This document shows, piece by piece, positions 11,999-22,500 of a stretch of DNA of 64,000 bases. The position numbers were made by a program, and so were the translations under genes. Origin of the DNA: Amphiscolops sp. MND2022 (lineage: Eukaryota); NCBI GenBank assembly GCA_964187785.1, contig OZ076412.1:14260001-14324000 (forward strand), given 5' to 3'. A model generated the notes under the pieces. It had not been told where the DNA came from and searched no databases. It worked only from the letters and a program-made list of their open reading frames with translations. Position 1 is the first letter of the stretch, and each line of letters opens with the position of its first letter.

Positions 11999-14900
11999 CG
12001 GTTTTCTTCTCTTGTTCGTACTTCTATGACTGCGCCATGTTATAGACTCGATAAAAGGTTTGAAGTAGGATGCTCAAGTTAAGAATGTGTAAGTAATGTA
12101 ACGTACAAAGTGTCACTGTATTCAACGTAAAGTTAGCATCAAAATGAATATAGTCTAGAGGGCAATGTAAGTTCATTGGCAGGTACCTAATTACTGTTGT
12201 CTAGACTATTCTCTCTTCACTACTACAACAGCTTTGCGTTTGAACAAAACATTTTAAAACATTCTGACTGTGATTATGTATGTTCGAATTAGGTGTTTTT
12301 TGTGACCCTGCAAAAAATGAAGTTCTTGATAGTTCTTTTTTGGTTAGATGGTAAGTTTGGATTGAGATGGATGTATAGTGCGAATTATGGCCACCAAAAT
12401 CTGGCATCGGCTGTGTAGAGATTTGTATCTGCATGGCTGAAGATGGGTATCGATAAAGATGTTCGCTGCTTGGTGTATTTTTGTGGCTCTCGTTCATTTC
12501 CGTAATTGAGTTTTCGCGGTGAAAAAAAGTGATTATTTTTCATTTAAATTGTTTCTGAAAAAAAATCATTGAACTCTATACAATCTGCAGAATCCGATGA
12601 ATTTAAAATTTCTGAGAAAAGTTTCAAAAACCTGCTAAAATCGGGGAAAATAACTGAAGTGTTCTTTCTGCGCCTGAGATTCCAGATGATGAGCCAATCA
12701 AATTTGAATGTGAGAGCAAATAGGAATTTTAAATTGTTGATAACGACGCTCGGCGAATAGGGGGACAATTTGGGAGTAAAAAGTGAAAGCGGGACCCTTT
12801 GGACTAAGTTTTCTTGGCCGGACTTGGCCTTAGGTGGTTTTAGGATTGGTTCTTAAAAGTGGACCGATCAGTTTGAGGATTGTAGTCCGAAGAAAAAAAA
12901 AGTTGTATGAGTCGGGCATGCAATTTTTGTTTCTTAAAAATCGCCGACTAAAAAGAAGGAATGAATGGTATAATGCGGAAAAGGGTTTCGCACACAGGTT
13001 GCTCCTTATGTGAGATAGATACATTGAAAACCGGAAGTGGCACATTTGGTTTTTATAAAATCATGAACGTTTTTACAAAAATACATTCATGGAAACTTGA
13101 GAGCAATAAACGAGCCATTAAATCGCATGGTAACATTGAACTCAATCAATGACCATCAACGTTAGCTTGACTTTGATTCAAATTTAGTACAACATTGTCC
13201 AGTAATGAGTAGTACTTGAATGTTTCTCGCCATTTGACTCCTATCATCAATCCGATTCATCAGATTCCGTATTAGGAAGGTAATCTAACAAAATTTTCCA
13301 TCATCATCCAACCTCCGGATTCCAATCATGACATAACCCTGAATTTACCCTCAACCCACTTTGAAATTAAATATAGTATTACACGCAACAATTTCCCCTT
13401 ATAAACCCCAGTTTAAGCAATTTTACGTTCAAGCCAGAGACCATTGTCCAAATGGCTGGCTGCTTTTCCAGTGAATTGTGCTAATTTCTAACCTGCGGTC
13501 CTAATTTGAAGCGTAGCCCTCTAGCGGTAACGGCGCGAAATCTGTAAATGGGCAGAGGGACACCATCGACGTGTCTTTTCTGCCATTGTGCGAGTGTCAA
13601 GAACAACAAAGGAGAGGTTTGAGGGTATGGAAAAATTGGAATTCCTTCCTACTTACTCCTGCCACTCCGCCCAGGGAGAGAAAATCGACTAGGGGGGTTT
13701 GGTGTTTTGAAGAAGAACTACGTGCTCTGTGCTCATTAATACTGGCTACATGTAATGGCTAAGTAAAGTCAAGGCATGCACGAAGTTAAATTTAGACTGC
13801 AATACGGGAATTTAGAAAACAAACGTGGAAAGAATGTGTTAAACTATATCGATGCATTTGGGGAATTACAAATTACATGTGAATGAAGATCAAATAGAAC
13901 TGTATCGTTTTCTTAGCACAAAAATTTTGTAGAAATTTTGCAAACAAATGGAGAAAATCAGTGGCTGATTGTATGGATTTATACATCTCACATAGTGTTT
14001 TAGGAAGTCTTAAAACTAGCTTTGGTTGAAGCAATTAGGTAAATGTATTTAGTCTTTAGGAAGAAAAAGCCAATGAAATGCATGGTCACTGAAATCTGCA
14101 CATGGAAGGAATCAATGGAAAGGAAAATTCTGGGAACAATGCTAAACCAAATTGTTACCAAAACTGGTACATAAAAGCTGCGAAAAATTTATAAAAGCTT
14201 CAAAATTCTGGATGAAAGTTTCAAATACCATTATGTCGACATCATTTGCGTTGAAATTTTGGTCCAATAAAATAATTGATGTCGGAATAATCCTATCCAT
14301 TAGATTGACTGTCAGTTGAAAGTTGCTCATTAGATTTTATAGCGGACAAAATTTGCGCCGAAATAGGGGCCATTTTATACAATTTTAGCTCGTTCCAAAC
14401 AGGAATTTTTGCTGTTTTGGACAATAGTATCAAAAAATTAGGGTAATTTTTTGCCTGAAGTGTCAAAGCAGTTGTAAAGACAATCCTCTAAGTACTTACA
14501 TTCATATAAAATTCTCCTCTTAGTGAAATATTTTTATTCAAGAACAAAATGTGCTTTCATGTAGGGGGGAATTCCCAACAACGTGGGAGGAATAGATGAC
14601 ATTGTCCTCAGTAAGTCTTAGGAAATGGAGGAGGATAGAGCACATATGTTCTCGAAAAACCAAAATCGGGAAAAGGTCCAAAGAAGGGGAAACAAAGCTC
14701 ATTTTTTCTTTTAATTGATTTTTTTAGTTATTTAATTAACTTAACTTGACTCAACCTCAATTTAAAAGAAATTAATTTTTCACAAAGTGAATTAAAGAAT
14801 TAAACTAAAAAACTTAATTCTCACAGTGCCGGAACTCAACAATCTTTGTGATCAAAAACATAACTTTGTCTTGTTGTGCTGAAGAGCAAAAGTACTTGAT

Positions 14901-15836
14901 TAGTTCAAGTGTTGTAACGGCAAGCAGTAACCGGCGGCTTAGCACATTACTGAAGGTGGAGGAGCCTGGAGAATAAGAATATCGCCTGGGACTGGTTGCC
15001 ATTGCCACTAGTCCATTTTGCCTCCATGAAATACGTTCCGTAGTGTCGTGGGGAGGTCCCGCTTCCGCACAATTTATTACCGATAGGTGCTAGTCTTTGA
15101 CGGCTTTAAGTAACTTGCTACTCTCAGGGCCACGGCTCAAATAGCCTATATAAACTGTGGCAAGAGTAAGGTAAATTTCTTATTCCAGGATGGAAGGGAG
15201 ATTATGATCAAAACGAGCCAAAGCTATTTCTAGAGCACAAAAATACAGTTATAAACAGTTATAATCCATACACTCATACATTAAAGCTTACCGCCGGGGC
15301 TCCAAGAACGAAACTAAAGTTTTCAAGCTAAAACACTCAGTTTTTGGTTTCCGCGACCTTAGGTGGCTTTTGCCGAAATCATTTCAAATCCGTGACAAAG
15401 GTAAAAAGTCTTTTAAAGAGTTTTTCTGTTTTCAGTTTTCTGGCTGACCTCGAGCAATCTTCGGTTTTTGTTCAAAATGACAGAGACCGTGAAAGGAGCA
15501 ATCACATGTCCAATGCCACGTCGATATTTGAATTTTAATTCATCACAAGTTTCTGCTACATCATCATTGTATTTACTATCATCACCATCATTGCCGGTTA
15601 ACGCACTGCATATGAGAGGTTGATGATACATATTCAATGACCACAAAAGTTAAATCGAAGCAATTCATACACAGATCATAGTATATTCATTCAAAGGATT
15701 ACATGTTTTTCATAAACAGCAAGACTTGCATAAAAGTCAAACAACGCTGATATTGATATTTTCATAGACCACTCCTCAACCAATGTTCCGATTTATATCA
15801 AAAGCGTGACATCTTTGTCTCAATCATCAATTTATG

Positions 15837-17042
15837 ACATCTACTGCTGATTCATCAAAGCTTGTTCTCGAAAATCTGTTCTACTATAATCTTTTATGGA
15901 AAACATGAAAGTCGTAAATAACCATATATAAAATATGAAATTCATACAATGGCCAAATATATGAAATATGTGGCAGTCATAGCAAGACTATAACATTTGA
16001 TTCGTGGTAGCTAGTCTCTATTTATTGACACATTGTTTGAAGTACATAACTACAAGTTAGGTCAAGCTACGTGAAACGTCCACCAGGCAGCATACATCAT
16101 AGAACTGGGATAAGGTCCAGGGTGCTTAAACAGGAGACCGTTGTCTTACTACAGCCCTAGACATTAGTTCTTAATCCCCAATTGGCCTCCTTAAAGGGAC
16201 CTTTTCAAACGTCAAAGGAGGTTCCTCAGTTAGAGCTCCGAGGCGACGTACCGGCGCACTCAAAGTCCGGACACGTCCCACAAGCCTGTAAAAACGTACC
16301 TAAAGGTTCCTACGACTTCCCTCATACTTCTGAGGTCCAAAAACAGGTGTTTAGCCAAAATACTTTTAATCAGATGATTAACGTCTAAAATGAGTGAAAT
16401 AGGGGTCAAACATCACCAAACATCTACAAAAATCACAAATATGGTACAGTAGACTGAAGAAACATCAGGCGTCAGTGTCAGCGAGCCTTGGTCTTGGACC
16501 TGCTAGGTGGCATATGCAAAATATGCAAACTTCTGAGTTTCTTCATCTCTTGGGTCATTCTTCGGCTTCTGCTGGTAGCTGGGACGTCTTCCGAGGGGGA
16601 TGGCACCACACGGCGATTTCGGGGATACTTGTATGGCGGGGTGTTCTCTCTCGGGTTGGGTGGGGGTGTGTTCTCTGCGGTTTTTCGCTTCTTCTACGGT
16701 TTCCGTACCTGCCGGGTCGGCCATCTTGATTTTGTGCATATTTTGATTTCGCACATTTCGAATTTTTGATCGAAATTTTGTGAAGTTCTTTGCTGGACGG
16801 TACATCTACTGCTGATTTATCAAAGATTGTTCTCGAAAGAATTAAACTCTGTTCTACTATAATCTTTTATGGAAAACATGGAAGTCGTACATAACCATAT
16901 ATAAATTAGGAAATTCATACAATGGCCAAATATATGAAATATGTGGCAGTAATAGCAAGACTATAACATTTGATTCATGGTAGCTAGTCTCCATTTATTG
17001 ACACATTGTTTGAAGTACATAACTACATGTTAAGTCAAGCTA
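15837..17042. repeat. Imperfect direct repeat (15837-16069 and 16802-17042) flanking a roughly 730-bp GC-richer insert
   Basis: Both copies run ACATCTACTGCTGAT...GTCAAGCTA with scattered substitutions and small indels. Confidence 0.85.
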
Positions 17043-17590
17043 AGTTTCGTAGCCTGCAATTTTACGAAAATTTTAAAAATTTTGACAACCTTTAGTTTTT
17101 GGAACATTTTTTAAATCTTTTTGTGGGCGTTTGGTTCGAAAAAGAACGACTTGTTTGTTAAAGCATGGAAACAAGGCGACACGAAGGTGAATTTGAGAAA
17201 GTTTTTATATTCCTTGTGTTTCCTCAAGGTTATGGTACAAACTGCAAATTCCTGAGAACTTACAAACTTCAGACTTTTTATCTGTGACAAGCCTCTTACC
17301 TTTTATTTATCAAGTTTCAAGTTTCACTAATTTTTGTTTCGAGTGCTTGCAAGGTTTCGCCAGAATAAAGCATCATCTAGCAAGATTTCGCAAATTTGGA
17401 TGGGAGACAAAACAGCCGTTTTTGCAGGGGACAAAATAGCTGTTTAGACATGGTTTTGTTTGACTACTGCATCATCTTCTAAGATGTTCTTGAAAGATTC
17501 TGTCAAAATAGGGCATCATCAGTGAAGGTTTCTGTCAGAATAATGCATCACCTTCGAAGATTGCAGGACACCAACGGGATGGTTTTTCAG

Positions 17591-17691
17591 GTGATCAGTT
17601 CGTCTGATGGGCTGGTGGGCGTGAGTTTTGAGCACTCCAGTGCAGAGGGAGTGGCCCTGCTTCACATTTTCCAGAACATCTTCTACAACTT
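17591..17691 (+). CDS. ChAT: ChAT exon containing the catalytic histidine (codon 17630-32)
   Basis: ttttCAG|GTG acceptor and TT|GTGAGT donor. Encodes VISSDGLVGVSFEHSSAEGVALL. Not in the ORF track. Confidence 0.95.
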
Positions 17692-18204
17692 GTGAGTATG
17701 GCTGTTAAAGACCCTAACTTGAAAGGTTGTTGGAAACGTGACGAAAGATTGTCGCAACAATAGTATTGTTAAAATGAAAACAGAACGTGATCAAATTCAG
17801 GATATTGCTGACATTTTTCAGACTATGTAACAAAATTTGCTTCTTTTTTGTAGCCAGTCCATGTTTTGATTTTTTTTATCAGGCTTGACATAACATTTAG
17901 TCCACACAATCTTTCCATATATGGGAACTAGATGCCATACAAAAAACTTTTCTGATCATGACTAAAATGTTTCCGTATATGGTCATTGTATGAACTAAAT
18001 GTTTTCATACATTCTATGGCCCTTTTATTTTAATCCATGTTTTTTCAGTATAGCCATCTTATGGGACTCCTGTTTTTATTTACACAAACGTCTTCCTATG
18101 GAACCCATGTTCTACTGCATACTTTTGTAGCGTTTCGTATTTAACTGTATCATTCAACTTTTCAAGGTGCTGAAATATTTTTCTCAATTAAGTTCTGATT
18201 TCAG

Positions 18205-18333
18205 GGAAAGTTTCTCGGTTTCTGGGGAACAATCGGAGACGAAAGAACTTTTAGGGGTACCGAAGTTACTAGCTTGGGATATAGACTCAACTTTAGCCGA
18301 GAAACTGGAGCAATTCCGAAAAACATTCGCAAG
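18205..18333 (+). CDS. ChAT: ChAT exon
   Basis: tttCAG|G acceptor and AG|GTAAGC donor. Encodes ESFSVSGEQ...VPKLLAWDIDSTLAEKL, equivalent to the family P-x-x-L-x-W motif. Phases 2/2 fit both neighbours. Confidence 0.88.
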
Positions 18334-18782
18334 GTAAGCTACACAAATCAATTCACGTGACCGATTCAACTGAAAAATGTTTTTTTTTCTATCGAATGCC
18401 ATATCAATAAGGAGCGGAAGACAGCTTTGGGATATCATTGGGACTCTTTTGATTGGCCAATTTAAGAAGAAAATGTGCTCGACTAGTTTTTAGTGAGCGC
18501 TTCTTAAAAAAAGCGCAGTGGTTACAATGACAGTTCTCAATTCGAAACGCTTTTTGCTTCATTAAAAACTTCAATTTAAAAAAACAAGCTCGGTGGACTC
18601 GAAACCTCAGGTCCTATATTGTACTTTCGACTCTCTAAGAAGTTAACAGTTATTCCATTTCGACAAAGTGATCGGGCATAGTGATCAATTTATCAGGTAG
18701 ATCACTGACGATGCATGTGATTTAGCATTTTTCACCAATCGTTTTTAAATTGTTCTGATTGGTTGGTTCTTTTTGTTCACAG

Positions 18783-18905
18783 GCATTGCAATGACGTCAC
18801 CGTAGAACAGCTCGTGATTTCCGATGTCAACAAAGAGCTAATCAAAACAGCCAAGGTCAACCCAGACATATTTGTCCAAATTGCGTTGCAACTGGCCTAC
18901 TACAA
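18783..18905 (+). CDS. ChAT: ChAT exon
   Basis: ttcACAG|G acceptor and AA|GTAAT donor. Encodes HCNDVTV...KELIKTAKVNPDIFVQIALQLAYY, equivalent to SPDAFIQVALQLA. Confidence 0.95.
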
Positions 18906-19284
18906 GTAATGTTAATATAAATATTTTTAGCGATTAATCTTGAACTAAAAATATTAATTTTAGCGCAGGAATTTTGTTGTGCCAGTTTTTGATAGTAGTT
19001 GCTAGTTCTTTCTACTTGGCATAGATATTGACGGGAGTTTTTTCACCCTCGAATTTTGTAAAGAAACTGTATATTCGAATCGGCTAATAATACAGTCCGT
19101 TTGCAAAGAGTTTTTTGACCGCAGTATTAAAACATTCAAAGACATCAGTGAATAAATCAAAACAACTTGCAAAAGATCAATGTTGTTTACAAATATAATT
19201 AAACAAATTAAAGTTTCGAGATAGCAAATTATTTGAATGATATTTGAAAAATATATTTTACTATTTTCAGAAGTAGCAAATATT

Positions 19285-19357
19285 TGACGGTTTCGGGAAT
19301 CGAACCGGTAACCTTCAAATTCCGAGTCCCATACTCTACCGACCGTGCTATGGTCAC
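19285..19357 (-). other. tRNA-like Pol III cassette inside the LTR of element B (second copy at 27931-28003)
   Basis: GTGACCA-TA-GCAC-GGTCGGTA-GAGT-A-TGGGA-CTCGGAA-TTTGA-AGGTT-ACCGG-TTCGATT-CCCGA-AACCGTC-A has canonical 73-nt tRNA spacing with A and B boxes, but the acceptor stem does not pair. Confidence 0.85.
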
Positions 19358-19561
19358 TTAATTTTGTTTGTTTTAATTCAACCATATTTGCTTTGCAACA
19401 TCCTCCGGGCCCAAGAAGGTGTGAATGCAAAAAACTGAAAAAAAAACTTTTTTACTATTTTTTTTTGGAAAACGGTTTACATGGAATTTTGATGTACATG
19501 TTACATTTTACTCATATTAGGCATGATTACAAGCAAGAACAAAATTGGAGAAGGTTGAAGA

Positions 19562-22500
19562 TTAGGAAAGATTGGGAGAATCCGGGGACGGGAGAACGGG
19601 TGCGAGTTTGACGATGGGTCGAACTAGGTTTCCTGTTGCTGTTTTCAGTTCTGCAGAGCGGGCGACTGAGTCGGTTCCGTAGTTCAACTTAACCACTCGC
19701 GCAAGTGGGTAATGTCCTCGTGGACTCGTCGGTTCGACAATCCAGACGAGGTCTCCGGTGATGAGATCTCGCTCTGGTGGAGCCGACCACTTTGAACGAC
19801 GGTTAAGTGAAGGGACGTACTCTCTTAACCAGCGTTCCCAAATAGCATCAGAATATGCTTGAGCACGGACGTAACGCTTACGGTGGTCAATGTCAGCACG
19901 TTGGTGAGATGGCATTGTGGAACCCGCGGTTCCCAACAGGAAGTGATTAGGTGTCAGAGCGTCTAAATCCGTGGTGTCTGAACTTGCAGGTACGAGTGGG
20001 CGGGAATTGAGACTCTGCTCGACTAAACAAAACGTAGTTGTCAAAATCTCATCTGTTAGTCGCCGGTTTCCAAGAATCGCGTAGAAGATGTGTTTAAAAC
20101 TCCTTACAATACGTTCCCAGACACCTCCATGGTGGGGAGCACTTGGAGGATTAAACTTCCATTGGATCCGTTTTTTGACGAGCGTTTCCGACAAGGTTTG
20201 TTGGTTCCAAGCTGCTACGTTTTGTAACAATTCCTTTTCGCTGGCAACGAAATTTGTTCCATTGTCAGACCACAAGACAGATGGAGTGCCCCGGCGGGCA
20301 GCGAAGCGCTCTATTCCCATCACACAACTACTAGTGTCCATGGTAGGGACAACTTCGAAGTGAACGGCTCTAGTAGTAAGACAGGTGAAAAGGAAACCCC
20401 ATCGTTTCTCTGTTGACCTTTTAACAGAAACGTAGAAAGGTCCGAAGTAGTCGATGCCAGTATTAGTGAAAGGAGGTTCTCTGTAAGCTAGTCTTTCGCG
20501 GGGAAGATCTGCCATTATCGGATTGATCGTATTAGCTCGTCGTTTCCGGCATGTAACACACTTCGAGACAACTGTTCGCAGGGATGCTCTAAGTTTGACG
20601 ATAGCGAACTGTTGTTGCACTAGCGCCCTCAAATAGTCAATACCTTGATGACAGTGTGTTTGATGGAGATGTTCTAAGAAAAGCCGGATAACAGGATGTC
20701 GGCTGTCGAGTAGAACTGGGTGTTTGGCATCAAAGTTGGACACTTCGAGTCGTTTCGTTCGACCGGTTGCTCGCAAGAGGCCTTGAGGCCCAATGAAGGG
20801 GGAAAATTGAAGGATTTTGGAAGTACTGTTGAGTGGAGATCCTTTTAACAGACTCGTCTTCTCTGTAGGAAAAGACTCATGTTGCACGAGGTAGAAAAGT
20901 CTACATTGAGCATTCTCTAGTTCTTGGGGATCAGTGACAGAGCCCGAAATGGAACGGTATCCTTCGTTTTTCGGCAGTAAGCGCAAAGCGTAGGCAACAA
21001 CGCGCAGGAGTTTCTCGTACGAGCTATACTTCTGCCACTCGAAAGTTGATGCGATGCTAGCTACTGTTGCACTTAATGCAGTGTCAGTTTCGAAAGTAGT
21101 GTAATTGGTTTCATGAAGCTCTGTCGTTTTTGCTTTCAGTTTGAATTTCACGTTTGTTGGTGGTACAAATGGCCAGTCGGGAGTTTTCAGAAACGAAGGT
21201 CCGGTGAGCCAAGGGCTGTCGCGAAGTGACTTGGCACAAATTCCGCGTGTCCCAACATCTGCCGGGTTATCACTTGACTTCACATAGTTCCATTCGTCTA
21301 CCGTACTGAGTTCTAGGATTTCTGCTACACGGTTTGTAACAAAGACTGGCTGCTTTTCTAACGAGTTGAGCCAATGCAGGACCGTCGTGCTGTCAGTCCA
21401 CATGAAAATCTTGTCAATCTTTAACGTGAGGGCATTTTGAATTTCTTTTCGAAGTCGTGCGGCGAGTAATGAGGCCTGTAACTCGAGCTTGGGAATCGTG
21501 AGGGCTTTCATAGGTGCCACTCTAGCCTTTCCGAAGACGAAAGCTAGTTCCGTACTGGTCCGGTTAGCAGCGGTTACCTTTCCTCGTAAAAAGGCGACGG
21601 CGCTGAAAACATCTTGTGAGCTATCACCAAACATGTGAAGCTCCATTGATTCCACACGTCCTTCGAAGTAGCTCCTTGGTATTTCAATTTCGCCCAACAT
21701 TGTTAACTCTTCACTCCATTCAATGAACTTGGTTACAATCTCATCTGGTAGGTCATCGTCCCATTGTTGACCACTTAGTCTCCAGATGTCTTTCAACAAT
21801 AACCTCGCTTGAACGGTGTAGGGAGCCACGAGGCCAATTGGGTCGTACACCGCTGAAACTAAGCTCAACACTACCCGTTGTGTTATCTTTTTCGTGGTGT
21901 CGGGACTTGTGCCTCGACTCACTACAAGGGTATCAGTTGAGTGATTCCATTTGAGTCCCAAAACGTGTGAACACTCTTCAGCGCTTGGTATTTCTTTTTC
22001 TTGATTCGATGTGAGGTCTGGTTCGAGCTTGGTTGGCAGCTGGCTCACGTTAGAAACGAATTTGGTTAACTTGAACCCGCCTTTTGAAAGTAGTTTTACT
22101 AGGTCCTTCGCTTTGTTGCTGGCATCTTCCACGGTAGGACTTGATTCCAGGTAGTCGTCCATGTAGAAGCTTCGACGGACACTTTGAGCTGCTTGCGGAA
22201 AATCCCTTTGATTGTCGGTACCGGTGCGTTTCAACGCGTAGTTGGCGCACGTAGGCGAGTCTTTGGAGCCAAAGATATGCCGGGTGTATTGGTATACAGC
22301 TATTTCGGAAGCTGGGCCTTCCCGCCACAGGAAACGAAGTGACGGTCGGTCGCGTGGAATAACTCCAACTTGGAGAAACATTCCTTCTATGTCGGCGGAG
22401 ACAGCATACTTGAACTGTCGGAAACGAATTAGGATGTGGATTAAACTTTGTAGCAAGTCCGGTCCAGTTAACAAGGCGTTGTTCAGGGATTTACTTTGAA

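Larger units (their letters stand above)
8876..12219 (-). mobile_element. Element A: Gypsy/Ty3 LTR retrotransposon, internally deleted (no RNase H or integrase), recent insertion
   Basis: 182-bp LTRs at 8876-9057 and 12038-12219 are identical by eye and read TG..CA. 5-bp TSD CTACT at 8871-75 and 12220-24. PBS TGGCGCAGTC at 12037-12028. PPT GAGGAGGGGGGAA adjoins 9058. Confidence 0.96.

Noticed and set aside
12220-15700. Short ORFs (12201..12497, 14142..14330, 14814..15008) as a nested minus-strand gene
   Set aside because: No family motifs and no consistent chain of splice sites.
19057-19058. Canonical TG..CA boundary for the LTR of element B
   Set aside because: That boundary leaves no TSD and is absent from the other LTR. 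The boundary at 19059 gives a perfect TTTTG TSD.
19285-19357. Functional tRNA-Pro(CGG) gene
   Set aside because: The acceptor stem does not pair and the anticodon and T stems have mismatches, so it is treated as a tRNA-derived promoter cassette.
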